Shown: piece by piece, positions 49,683 through 62,444 of the stretch
Layout: every line of letters starts with the position of its first letter
Position numbering within the stretch: the first letter of the stretch is position 1
NCBI GenBank assembly: GCA_964106915.2
Contig: OZ066919.1
DNA: 64,000 nt
DNA from: Podarcis gaigeae
Lineage: Eukaryota
Direction: 5' to 3' (one strand)
Notes under the pieces: generated by a model
The model's database searches: none
What the model was told of the DNA's origin: nothing
What the model saw: the letters and a program-made list of their open reading frames with translations, nothing else
Translations under genes and position numbers: made by a program

Positions 49683-49908
49683 CAGTGGTACCTCGGGTTA
49701 CAGATGCTTCAGGTTACAGACACCACTAAGCCAGAAATAGTACCTTGGGTTAAGAACTTTGCTTCAGGATGAGAAAAGAAATTATACCGTGGCAGTGCAG
49801 CGGCAGCAGGAGGCCCCATTAGCTAATGTGGTACCTCAGGTTAAGAACAGTTTCAGGTTAAGAACGGACCTCCAGAACAAATTAAATTCTTAACCCGAGG
49901 TCCCACTG
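49683..49908. mobile_element. Second copy of the 226-bp Tc1/mariner MITE
   Basis: CAGTGGTACCTCGGGTTA...TAACCCGAGGTCCCACTG with TA flanks; collinear with 1923-2148. Confidence 0.9.
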
Positions 49909-50429
49909 TATAATCTGATGATTAGAAATCATTAATACTTATATGCAAAAGCAGGCTTTAAATTGCAAAAATGACACCCCACTATACATTAATCCTACTT
50001 TGGTTTCTGCAAATCTTCCCTCCTGTCTAATGGGTAATGTTGGCACTGCTTATTCCTCCCTCTGTTTATAAACTGGGATCCGTATCCAATGAAGCCCTAC
50101 TCAGAGTAGTCCTACTGAAATTAATAGACCCAAGTTAGTAATGTTCATTAATTTCAATGAGTCTACTCCACATAGGACTAACACTAGATATATGCCATAG
50201 TGTCCCATGGTTGGACATAGTAGATGGTAAACCATGGGAAGAAATAGGGATGGAGGCAATTGCTGCTAATGGGAAGTCTCCCAAGTTATGTTTCAGAATA
50301 CTTGACAAAGAGTTTCCCTTGAATAAAGCCCATCAGAAAAGTCACTTGGTGCCTGGAATGTCATTTGAAAGCAGAACTGAATCAAATTAGATATACTGGT
50401 AGTTTGCTAAAATGACAATAACATTATGG

Positions 50430-50565
50430 CAGGCATGCCCAAAATTGGCCCTCCAGCTGTTTTGGGACTACAATTCCCATTACCCCTGACCATTGGTCCT
50501 GTTAGCTAGGGATGATGGGAGTTGTAGTCCCAAAACAGCTGGAGGGCCAAGTTTGGCCATGCCTG
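50430..50565. mobile_element. Palindromic ~136-bp hAT-type MITE
   Basis: Same hairpin family; perfect TSD CATTATGG. Confidence 0.9.
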
Positions 50566-53500
50566 CATTATGGTGTCTGGCTTGACTATGAGGTTCAAGC
50601 GAGTCTATGGATGAACTGAAGAAGCAGGGAATCCAGAGGCAGGTGAAACAGAATAGTTCCTTTTCTTGGGCTCCACTTGTACTGTTCGTCTCTTCCTCCC
50701 TGGCAGCCTCTCTTCCTGAAGCCCAGGAGAACCATATTGTGGGAGGGGTGCCAATATGCCCTCTCACACAACATGCTCCCTTCCACCCTTCACATTCTCA
50801 TTTGGAGAACTAGCTTGGGCTGCTCTTCCTCTGCCACCCTGGGGCCAGTCAGCATCTTCACTGTTTCCAGGTCTGCCTGCAACCTGACAGTCCCTTTGGG
50901 TACCATTCCAGAAGCACCATCTGGTGCAGCCAGGGATCTCATTGGCATAGAAACAAGAAGTCCAGCATCTCCCCATAACAAACGTTCAACAACTTACCTC
51001 CCAATGAAGACAACTCAAATGACAATCCATGTTCAATTCCATGAGCATAATAAAAAACAAGAATCATTCTATTCCAACCACCACCAAACAAACTGAGTGT
51101 CAAAGGGCTAAGTATACAGGAATATACCCCACCACAGTTTTAGCAATATGACTTTCAGAATTAGACTCATCGAAAACAATGAAGTAGATTAGGGATATTA
51201 TAAGAATTTGTTTCCAAACATGAAAACAAACACATCCATTGAAAATGAACACGCAGACACACCCACAAATCATTTCTCCGACTGTGAGCTGCTTTTTGCT
51301 GCCTGCAGCTGTTCTGCTAAATGCACATCTGGTGGGTGTAATGGCTGCTCCACCCTAATGAGTTAACTCTCTTGCCAGGCATATGCTCATTTGCATGATA
51401 CAGAGATCACAATGTCTCTCTTGCAGGAGTTGCTGCTGGTTGAAGCTTCGTCAGTGAATCATAGCTTACACGTACACTCTCAACCATCCATCAATATTTA
51501 CCGCTACTTTAATTACAATTGTAGAACCAAGGCCATTAGGACAAATTGGACTTTGCTACGCTGCCATAAATCTGGGGTAACTTCATTGATTTCTAGACAG
51601 TTACTCCAGATTTACAGCAGTGTAGATGAAATCAGAATCCTATTCAATGTGTCCAAAGGAAGCTGAGTGGCAAATGATACACAATTTCCACATCAAAGGA
51701 CCAAGTGACTATGATCTTTCCCCCCAGTTGGACTCTCTCCCCTTGTTAATACAGCAGTTTACTCAAAATCTTCTTTTCATCTAGCAGGCAAGGCAATAAA
51801 GTTTACTCTCCAGTGTCAGAGAACCAGAGGTATACAAGTAGCAATATACTGTGATTTAAGTGCAAGACCTGAACACACAATATGCTGTGCTGTTATGAGA
51901 CTCTTCTGCCAAACTGTATGAGATTTTGTTTTCCAATATGAGTAAAAGAAGCAAAGAGAGAAAATGGATGGAAGACACTGGAATATATTTGATCAGCTTC
52001 TTAGAGACCAGGAGTTTTTAAATTCAGTGAGGAGAGGGGGAAGGGATACTCAAATACTTTTCATTAAGAGGCCCCATCTCTGCACCAACAAATAGCTAAA
52101 CAGATCTGAGATTCTGGGTGGGATTGTGTGCATAAAAATACTGAGGAATTTATTTGTTACAATAGCATGCATTCAAAAGATGAAATTGAATCAATAGAAC
52201 TTCATGTTTTTAATGGAAGCTGAGACTGTTTCAAGAGGTTTGAGATCAATGTGTCTGCTATGAAGACTAAATATGCCAATATCCATCTTCTGAGAATTTA
52301 AGCAAGAATACTACAGCCCAGTACTGCACCCCCAAAGTGGCCAGCAATGTCTCTTGGATGCTCACAAGTGAGAAATATTAATTTTTATTTTTGTGATAAT
52401 CAAAGGTAGTCAGCTTCTGAATACAGAGGAACCCTAAGCATGTTGGATGGCTAGCAAATTTGCACAGACTTTACAGAAGAGTAAGGAGGATATGAAAAAT
52501 AGTCTACATTAATACTGCTGTGGATTATTCAAACAGAAAATAAGGAGGCACTATACTGTACTAACCACTCGATTTATGCAGGCTGTGCATCCAACATAGA
52601 GTTGCATTACACAGAGGCAGCTCAAGGCAATCTAAGGAGGATTCCAGTGCTCCTATTCCAGCTTCAGGCAATAATCAAGAAACAAGTTTGACCAAAAGAA
52701 TCCTCAGAGATAGCCCATTGCTAGTAGTATGATATACTTGCCAGCAAAGCAGAGCATTCTGAGGTGTTTACAGACCACCAGCTATGCTTTAAAGCACAAA
52801 GCACAAGTCACCCCCCCCCTGCAGATCTTTTGAAAATTGCTAATGCCCTTGGTAATGATGACTTGATTATTTCCTGCATGCTGTAGCCATTGCAGTGGGC
52901 CGTGCTAGATGCTGTATAATTTTTATTGCATTTGTTATTGCTTCCTTTAATTCTTATATTGCATTTCATTGTACTGCAGTTTGCATTCCACAGAATTCAA
53001 ATTGCAATGCAGTAAAATACAATATAAGAAACATGGTTGGCATCTGTCTGTTTTGTGAGACAATGGAGTGCGTCTCCACTAACTGCTGAGTTAGCCAGAC
53101 ATGCCATGGACCACCTGTATGAAGCTCATGGACCACTGATGGTCCACAGACCACAGTTTGGTAACATCTATTTTAGAGAATCAGATCCAGTTCAGAGGTT
53201 CAACATTCACTTAACAATATTAGGCAATTGCTCTCAAGAACATAATACATAGCAGCTGGATGCTCAGAATTTGTTATTTCACCATAGATTATTCTATAGC
53301 AGGGCGGTCCAACTTGCAGCTTGAGTGGCTGCATATGGCACTTGAGGCCTTTTTTCATGGTCCTCAGCAACATTTGACACTCACCCCCAGCCCTCATGCT
53401 GCCTTTCCCAAAGCTGGGCTTTGAGATGGAGCTGTGATGGCTGTGACAGAGTCCTAGAGTCCTTTCCCCCTGCTTCCCAAAGCCAAGTTAGCACTTCTGC

Positions 53501-54507
53501 AGCTTTAAACTTCTAGTTGTCCTTAATGTTACATTTAAAGTCCAATGAAAATCAGATACGACCAGTAGTTTTTATAGCTATAGAGAGCATATGCTCTCCC
53601 AATGCAAGTAAGCTTTAGCCTTAAATGCTGCTGAATGTTCTTCTTTTGCCTAGTCAGAATGAATCATTGCTTGTAGTAGGGAACAGATGTTGACAGTATT
53701 TCTGCATTTCACACGAAATGGCTAGGTGAGGAGCTGCTAGGTAGAGACAGACAACTGTCTCTTGAAAAAGCCTTCTAAGAATATCCTTCACTTCTTCAGC
53801 ACATTTTTCTAATGCCAATGTCATCTTGGGATTGCTATTTATTGTTTTCCTTATTTAATAATAGTGTTGAAAGCATATTACACACAATACAGACCTTTGA
53901 ATAGAAGCCCAGGAACTGAAACTAAGTTATAGCAACATGGGAGGTGACACTGTCTATGAAAGAAGGACAAGAAATAATACAGTGGTATTTGAGTGAAAGC
54001 CCCGAGCAACAGAAGTCTTGAAACCATGTGTCTGAGAAGTTAAGAAACCAGACCTAGTTCCTGTTTCCAAAATAACTTTCCAGTGTCCACTTTGCAGAAA
54101 AACTAAAGTAATATGCTATAAGGAACTGGAGAGCTCAGCAAGGAGAGAAACTTACTTAGGTACCCCTGATGTTTATAAGGGCACATTCAGCCTTCTACAT
54201 CCTGGTATGGTATCTCTGAAAAACTCGCAGGATGGGCATAATGTAAAAGCCCTACCTGGAATGCAGCAATCCGAGGCAGCACCAAGCACCCAAATGATGA
54301 TTTTGTTAGTCTGAATGGAATTGCAAATCGTATTCTGGAACATACGAATAATAAATTTAGTCTAGTGAAGTGCCCACTGTGACATGAATTGGAGTACCAG
54401 GAGAAGAGCCCATATGCTGCAGGGGCCTCCAGGTGGTGCAATGTGCATCTTTAACATAGCCCTACAGCTGTGAAGGGCACCACTCACTTAAAGGGATCTG
54501 TCTTGAG

Positions 54508-54642
54508 CAGGCTTCCTCAACCTCGGCCCTCCAGATGTTTTTGGCCTACAACTCCCTGATCTCTTGCTAGCAGGTCCAGTGGCCGGGGATGATGGGAATT
54601 GTGGTCTCAAAACATCTGGAGGGCTGAAGTTGAGGAAGCCTG
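54508..54642. mobile_element. Palindromic ~135-bp hAT-type MITE
   Basis: CAGGCTTCCTCAAC...GTTGAGGAAGCCTG; perfect TSD GTCTTGAG. Confidence 0.88.
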
Positions 54643-55155
54643 GTCTTGAGCTCAGTAGGGAAGGGGCAAAACCTTCCTGCTTACCTCACTGTCTTTGGAA
54701 CCAGGGCGGGACCCAATAGGCACAAATAAAGCTTGTCATGTCAAAAACACAATGCACTAAAGTAGTGGACAATCTACTGACCATTTACAGAGTTTCCCAG
54801 GATTTGAGGAGTTGAGCCCAGGTCTGAGACTGAGACCTAGTCAGGTAAGCTACCAGGGATTGTATGATCAGGTGCCAAACCCCCTTTTCAGTCACAGAAA
54901 GGAGCAGCAGCATGAAACATCAGTCCTTCTGATTGCCAGGAAAGAAAAAAGCTCTTGGTCTGATGAGAAAGGCTTCCATCATGAGTATGGTTGCTTTTGC
55001 ACAGAACCTGCTGCCATGGTGCTAATCTCTCGCAGCTAACATCACAGATAACCACTATTTGACAGCTACCTGAATGCATCTTCTACATCACGCTGTTTTT
55101 CACCAACCTCTTTCATTTCAAATATTTCCCCCCCTCCAAAACACATGCAACTTAC

Positions 55156-55287
55156 AGTTTACTGTGACTTTTACTTTTTTCACATCTGGGACTGAGACGT
55201 CATTTTCAGCACTGCATTCATATTCCCCAGCTTGGTCTCTTGTAATTCCATAGATGTCCAAATACTGTCCACTTTCAAATGGTTTGG
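55156..55287 (-). CDS. NEGR1: NEGR1 internal coding exon (equivalent to human exon 4; C-terminal half of Ig domain 2)
   Basis: Translates (A)[43 protein letters not shown](F), which matches NEGR1/kilon/neurotractin. The acceptor is ...cctttaatttcag| and the donor is |gtaag. It is 132 nt, phase 1-1. Confidence 0.96.
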
Positions 55288-56218
55288 CTGAAATTAAAGG
55301 GGAGAGGGGGAGAGAGATTAAAAAGAGTGTACAGGAAATTTCATTGGAGCTGATTGAAGCTCCATTCAGGTAAAAACAACCAGCTTGTTGCAGGAAACTG
55401 CTGACAGAACTGTTCCTGAAATCAAGGTGACAAACGATTACATCTTTCACCCCTTCTCCCATGTGATGAAAACAACTGCACATTGCACAGCCTCACATAG
55501 GATAGCAATACTGTAACAATGACTACCACAAGAAGCGATATACACCGTCTCTTTATAATTGATTAGAGTTACCTAACCTTGGCATACATCAGATAAATCT
55601 ATGCCCATTTTGCAATTGACTTGAACAGCCCTCTAGCAGGATAGATGAAAATTCACCATTATGCTTCAGTTCATATTGACTTTTACAAAACATAAGGTTC
55701 CGCCTTACCTAGAAAAAAAGCTGACACACGTTTCAAATATTTGCTGTGGAAAGGCATTTCGTTTTGACTAAAGCTTCTGAATCGCAATGTTCTGTTAACA
55801 GCTCCGATATCCGTTGTGTTCTAGTCCAGGGTTAAATGTGTATACAAGCCTGTACTGTACGTGCCTGCATTCAAAATCAAGGCACAGGCCACAAGAATTC
55901 CTGCTCAGCTGCCGGGCTCAAAGGGCTCTGGTGACAGCAGGCCTTTGCAACCATGCCAAGGTTTCCTGGTGTGGCTTCAGCCAATGTACACCACACTGAA
56001 GCACAAGAGGTGGGGCTCAGCAGTGATGTGTGGTGAAAGTTTTCATAGGGGAACAGTTAGGGCCAGAGGCACCAGCTTGTGAGGGCGAGGAGGGGCAGAT
56101 GTTGTGCATGTGACATTGTGGCTCAGGCTTAGGGAAGGTGGTGGAAGGGCTCTTGGACCCTGTCAGAACATCGTGCCTCCCTCCCCAAGCCAGGCAGAAG
56201 CACAGTCCCCTACCTCAG

Positions 56219-56583
56219 TAGGGATGAATCTGTCCATTTTGGTACTCTCGATTTCTTAGTTTTGCATACTTACATTCACTTCCAAAGGAAAATCCTGCAT
56301 GAAAATCCACCAGCATTCTAGAGTGAATTTCTCCCCAGAAGAATATTTCTGTAAGCAATTTTGACTAATGTGCACATTTTTTTGCAAGCGTGTTTGCCTA
56401 ATATGCATTTCAATGCTATTTTCATTTTGATGCACACTTTCCCCTAATATATGCATTTTTGTAAACATTGCTCAGAAGACTGCATCAAAAAATTCAAGTA
56501 AGTGCAGCTTTCATGCAGTTTCGGAAGGTGTGAATTGGATAGATTTGGCTTTAAATGTTATTTGAATTTCTCCCCCATATCTA
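56219..56583 (+). repeat. Interspersed repeat, also present (split) at ~8018-8641
   Basis: Both start tagggatg..gaatctgtc and share tgctattttca..., actttcccta.tat.tg and tgcat..aaaattca..aagtg. Confidence 0.55.
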
Positions 56584-57314
56584 CTCCCAGCACAGGACTG
56601 GGACCTTATTTCAAGTGTTTCAAAGCATAAATGGGAGCACCAATGCAAAAAACAAAACAAAAACCAAAACCAAAATATGCCTGCCAAATCATAATTAAAA
56701 ATGAGGAAAGTCAGAGGCAGGGAAATCAATTAATAGGATACAACAAAATACAGTGGAGTGATGCTGTTTTCTCCTTTTCTGTTTCACTTGGAAGGAATAT
56801 ATTATGAAAGGTAAGCTTCTGCTAAAGAGCCAGCTGTTCCTGTTTATGTGGTTGGCTGCTGTTACATTCTGCTAGGGCGAATGAATTTCTAGGAAAATAT
56901 TATTTACTATCAATTTGAAATGAAGCATATGTTACCAGCCAGAATGGAATAAAAGCTACATTTTGCATTGCTTGAAAGTAGTGTGGCCTAGTAAAAAACA
57001 CTCTGTTTTCATATGCCGTTGCAGCAGTATTTGAATACACTTTGCTATGTTATACTGGAATCAGGTTCCTACTGAGAAGCAGCAAGTGAGTTTCGCAGCA
57101 CTGCATTGCATTAAATTGCAGCAGATGGGTGTGTATGTGTGGGAAAAGCAAAAAATACACTTGGATCCAAAATTCCTCAGATGGTATTTTTCTGTGGGGG
57201 AAATGTGATATTTTCCTCTTAATAGAACCCACCCACCCACGGCCCTAGAAAAAAGAAGGCAACTTTAGGAAAAGGCCACGCTTCAGTGGCAGAGCATGAG
57301 CCGTGCATGTAGAC

Positions 57315-57551
57315 CAGGGGTCAGCAAACTTTTTCAGCATTGTCCCTCAGACCTTGTGGGGGGCCAGACTAAATTTTGAAAAAAAGAGAGAACGCATTCC
57401 TATACCCCACAAATAACTCAGAGATGCATTTTAAATAAAAGCACACATTCTACTCATGTAAAAACACGCTGATTCCTGGACCATCCAAGGGCCAGATTTA
57501 GAAGGCAATTGGGCCAGATCTGGCCCCTGGGCCTTAGTTTGCCTACCCATG
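57315..57551 (+). mobile_element. Non-autonomous hAT element (MITE)
   Basis: Termini CAGGGGTCAGCAAAC...GTTTGCCTACCCATG; 8-bp TSD ATGTAGAC/TTGTAGAC. Confidence 0.85.
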
Positions 57552-57677
57552 TTGTAGACGGTCCTTGGTTCAATCCTTATTATTTCCAGGTAGGGCTGGG
57601 AGAGAACCCTGTCTGAAACCCGGAAAACCACTGCTAGCCAGTGCAGACAGTACTGAGATAGATGGGCCTATGGTCTG

Positions 57678-58026
57678 GAGGAGACTCTTGAGAGTCCCAT
57701 GGACTGCAAGAAGATCAAACCTATCCATTCTTAAGGAAATCAGCCCTGAGTGCTCACTGGAGGACAGATCCTGAAGCTGAGGCTCCAATACTTTGGCCAC
57801 CTCAGGAGAAGAGAAGACTCCCTGGAAAAGAACCTGAAGTTGGGAAAGATTGAGGGCACAAGAAGAAGGGGACAACAGAGGACGAGATGGTTGGACAGTG
57901 TTCTTGAAGCTACAAACATGAGTCTGACCAAACTGTGGGAGGAAGTGGAAGCCAGGAGTGCCTGGTGTGCTCTGGTCCATGGGGTCATGAAGAGTCGGAC
58001 ATGACTAAATGACTAAACAACAACAA
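57678..58026 (+). mobile_element. Bov-B 3' fragment (frameshifted), nested in a tRNA-derived SINE
   Basis: Encodes RRLLRVPWTARRSNLSILKEISPECSLE...VMKSRT with a caacaa tail. TSD ATGGTCTG at 57670-57677 and 58027-58034. Confidence 0.92.
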
Positions 58027-60723
58027 ATGGTCTGTCTCAGTATAATGCAGCTACCTATGTTCCTATGCAGAATATTTTATGAATATTCCCCACTATATCC
58101 CCCTGACAATGCACTGGAATGGAAGCAGGTATGGGGAATTATGGAGGGTGTGAAATGTGTCCAAGCTGTCAACATGCAAGTTGTTGGTATTGCCAGTTTC
58201 AATGGCAGCAGCAGCAACAACAACAAAAGACAGGAAAATATAAAAGGTGAATGTCTTCTGAATTAGCCCTTGCTCTGAGGAGCACACTGCTGATGGTAAG
58301 CCCAACACCTGAGGAACTGCTGGCTCTCCCAGTTTCTGTGTTTACAAATAGGATGGATTGCATGACACTGTTTGCAATGAAGCCTATGAAGTGGATGTCA
58401 TACCTCAGAATTCAAAGCATCTCTTAAAACTCTGAAGGTTGGTATGGGGGTTTTACAGAGCAATCCAAAGCCCTTTACACTGGGTGGGGGTTGTGGGAAT
58501 AGGCAGAGACCTGCAGAGCTACAGTTTCCAAAGTGATGTAACAATCCCATAACCAGGGAATTATATCTCAGGGGTGGGTGGGTGTTTCCTAACAACTCTC
58601 GGCGCTGTTAACAAACAACAGCTCCCAGGATTCTTGGGGGGAAGCCACGACTATTTTAAGTGGTATGATACTCCTGTGAATGTACAGTGCAGAATGGGGT
58701 CTTGGTGGCACATTCAATTCTGAACTTCATTGAATGAGGGAAGCAAATAATGAACATGGTGCAGTTCAACTCTGCACATTAGGGTTTTTCCCAGCCTTCA
58801 AATTTTGATCTGCCTCTAGGATTGTAATGCTGGTAGAATTTGCTTTGCAGCCTTGAGAGCAGCAACATTCGGCTCCAGCCAAGGTCAATACTGCTGCCAC
58901 TCCAATATTGACAGAAGTGACAGGCTTCAGAGGCCAGCATAGCACTACCGCACAAGCAGCGTAACTTGCCAGCTTAAGGAAGCAGTCATCAGTCCAGTTG
59001 CAAAATATCATCAGAAACAATAACTGCAGGGAAAATGGGTGTACCTTGTACAAAAGACTGCTACTGCAAAGGGTGCCGATGGAGGAATAAGCGAGAGCGA
59101 GAGGATACTGAATAGCAAATACTTTCAGAAATGAAATGCAATGTAAAAAAAAAAAAGTTGCCAAGAGTGCCTGCAACAGTTCTTATTAGAGCTGTTATTA
59201 GTGTCTGTCAGAGTTTCTTAGAACAAAAACGCACGTGGGTGTATGTTATTTGAAGATGCCATAGTAATCTATTAAAATTATGTGCTGCAAAGAACATCAT
59301 ATAGAAGAGTCACTATCACACTCAGCAGATTTGTTTAGGCAGCACAAGGCATTTATAAAATCCTGAATTTGGGTGGCAGGAAAAATCAGTCGAGGCTAAC
59401 TCTGGATGTGGGGAACTAGAATATTTGTCCCAAGTACAGGTCTGAAAAGAGATTATAAGTATCAAGTTGTTATGTGTGTCCCCCACCACCAGCACACACA
59501 CGTCTTTCTTCACCCTTAAACTCTTGTATTTTATGGTAGAGGAAGGAAGCCACATGTTCAGAAGTTAACTTTGCATAGGAACTACAATATTACTTCCCCA
59601 TCCTTTGGAGGAAGCACAAGGCAGAGGGAGGGCTTCAGAGTGTACAGAAAAGAGAATAGCCAGGAAATGCTGAGTGTAAGAGAAAGATAAGCATTAGGAG
59701 GATGTTAATCTAAGTCCTTCTTTTACGGCACAATCTAATTCACCTTTAGTCTGAGTTCAGTGGGAAACCTCAGGTAAGTGGGCACAGGGCTACAGTTTTG
59801 CAGCTCAATCCAATGCACTGTAAGTTCCCTCTCCTCTGAATTTACTTCTTCTTGTGGGCATGGGTCTGCAAGCACTTTATGTCTCTCCTCACCCCAGTCT
59901 GCTATCTTACGCTGTGTTTTTAACATACATAAATGAACATACACCAAGTCCAAAGCAAAGAGGGAACTCTCCAGATGCCCCATTCACTCATGTTGCCAGT
60001 TCATTTGTCATCATAAATAAAAGTGCAATGTAATGTAAGAATGCCTGGACTCAAGCAAGCAGTCTAGATCTTAAATAGACATGGTTTCCATCATGATAAA
60101 TATATCTGCATCTTATACTATATAGTTAAAGTTGAACTTTACTGATATTTACAATACTGTGCATAAAACTGGACTAACAGTAACAGTAAAAGCAAATGCT
60201 CAGTAGCAGTTAATTAAATAAGAAATGTGGATTAATGCTCATATTTGAGTGAGTCATGAAAAATCAATCTTGCTGAACAAGAGGAGATCGTCTAATAAAG
60301 TCATTTAAAGCTCAATTATATGCATGGCTACTTGAAGGCAAGATCCACTGAGATCAATAGGGCTTCCTCCCAGGTAAGTGTGTATAGGGTCCCAACCTCA
60401 AATTAGTTAAATGTCCTGCTTGAACCCCAAAATTCATAGGCTAAATGGACATGGTTTTCCGTCACAAGAATCATATTTATTTTGTTGTTTTCGGTTCCCA
60501 GGATTCTTTGAGGGGAGCCATGACTATATAAAGTAGCATGATTACTGCCCAGAGGCCTTGGAAACACGATGAAGACATCGTTGGGTATTATCTGTGAATT
60601 TTCATACATTAACAAATGAATGAACATGAGAATGATCAAGTACAGATATAAAATAAAAACACATGCTTCTTGTGCACGAATGATTTCAGTATATAAGAAT
60701 GTCTGCCTGCACAGGATTAACAT

Positions 60724-60979
60724 CATGGGTAGGCAAACTAAGACCTGGGGGCCGGATCTGGCCCAATTGCCTTCTAAATCCGGTCTGTGGATGGTCCAGG
60801 AATCAGTGCTTTTTTACATGAGTAGAATGTGGTTTTTTTATTATTTAAAATGCATATCTGGGTTATTTGTGGGGCATAGGAATTCGTTTATTCCCCCCCC
60901 CCAAAAAAATAGTCCAGCCCCCTACAAGGTCTGAGGGACAGTGGAGCAGGCCCCTGCTGAAAAAGTTTGCCGATCCCTG
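60724..60979 (-). mobile_element. hAT MITE, same family as 57315 and 62445, reverse orientation
   Basis: CATGGGTAGGCAAAC...GTTTGCCGATCCCTG is the reverse complement of the other copies. Confidence 0.85.
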
Positions 60980-61534
60980 GTTAATAGCCCAAAGAGATGT
61001 GTAATACCTGTGAATTTGGAATTATTGCCAGATGATGCAAACTGTGAAATTTGTTACTTAAAGATCTTTCATGGCTTTTGCATTTTTTAATTATCAGATT
61101 GCCTTTAAACATGCTTATTTTGAGCAAAGAAAATAGACAACTCCCTATTTATTTATTTTGCCCATGTCACGGGTTGTACTCTCTGCTCTGCAGTATGAGT
61201 CATTCCTATCTTGAATACTGATGATCTATAGCTCTGAAATGACATAACATGTATCTCTGTATCATGTATTATTGCTTTATTTGAATTTATATTACTTTTC
61301 TACCACTGTAGGGCATTGCAAACTTGGGCTCCATTGTAGAATTTAGTGCAATTTAATTTCCTCATATTTTCCAGCAAAGTTTATTGCAATCTGTTCCTGC
61401 TATCCATTTACTGTCCAGGACACCAACTCTGAACCACTTTAGGAACTGGAGGGTGAAGGCCCTTTGTTCAAATTATGAATTTTAGCAGCACCCTGTGGGA
61501 CACCAAAAATCAGCACCCCTCCACCTTATGTGTA

Positions 61535-61875
61535 GGGTGGCACTGTGATCTAAACCAGAGAGCCCAGGGCTTGCCAATCGGAAGGTCGGCAGTTCGAATC
61601 CCCACAACGGGGTGAGCTCCCGTTGCTCAGTCCCAGCTCCTGCCAACCTAGCAGTTTGAAAGCACATCAAGTGCAAGTAGATAAATAGGTACCACTCTGG
61701 CGGGAAGGTAAACAGAGTTTCTGTGTGCTGCTGTGGTTTGCCAGAAGTGGCTTAGTCATGCTGGCCACATGACTTAGAAGCTGTACACCGGTGCCCTCAG
61801 CCAGTAAAGCAAGATGAGCGCCGCAACCCCAGAGTCGTTAGCAACTGGACCTAACGGTCAGGGGTCCCTTTACCG
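61535..61875 (+). mobile_element. Sauria SINE
   Basis: Full head, core and tail; imperfect flanking repeat CCTT(A/G)TGTG. Confidence 0.9.
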
Positions 61876-62444
61876 CCTTGTGTGCTCCATTCTAAATCAT
61901 AATCATGGCATCCCCAGTGGCACCTCTGAGGCGCCAGACCCCATGTGACCGAACTGGTTGCACTCCCTTAAATCCTCCTCTGTGGGCAGAGGCTAGGAAA
62001 ATAAATTTCCCTATAGCATTGCACCAGGTGGTAGCCACTGTGATAAAAGTTTGTGCAACAACAGTACTTGAGAGGGTTAACAGCTCAGGAGGGTCCACCT
62101 GCTTCCAGAGGCAGCATGGAAGCAAGAATTTCCTGGAGTTTGTGTATTTTGGTAAGACGCTTGACTGTTGTTGGAGGCTCAAAGCCTCCTCAGTTGTGCA
62201 TTGAAATAAATGGTCACATCCTTTTAATTGAAAGCAGGGACTGTCTTTACAGTAACATATGATGAGCTTGCTGGATCAGGCCAATGGTCCATCTAGTTCA
62301 GCATCTTGTTCTCACAGTGGCCAACCAGTTGCCTGTGGGGAACCTGTAAGCAGGACCTGACCACAAGCAGTTTCCAGCAACTTGTATTCAGAAGGATACC
62401 AGCAGCAGTTCTGGGATTAGCAGTGTTCCTCTGAGGTGCTAAAG

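Larger units (their letters stand above)
16522..55155 (-). other. NEGR1: NEGR1 intron (38,634 nt) between the 132-nt and 121-nt exons
   Basis: GT...AG ends on the minus strand, and the reading frame is continuous across it. Confidence 0.9.
57270..58067 (+). mobile_element. Older tRNA-derived SINE split by two later insertions
   Basis: Removing the hAT MITE and the Bov-B piece leaves ggccacgcttcagtggcagagc(A box)...ggttcaatcc(B box)...gagatagatgggcctatggtctg|tctcagtataatgcagctacctatgttcctatg. A similar 3' end occurs at ~43615-43696. Confidence 0.75.
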
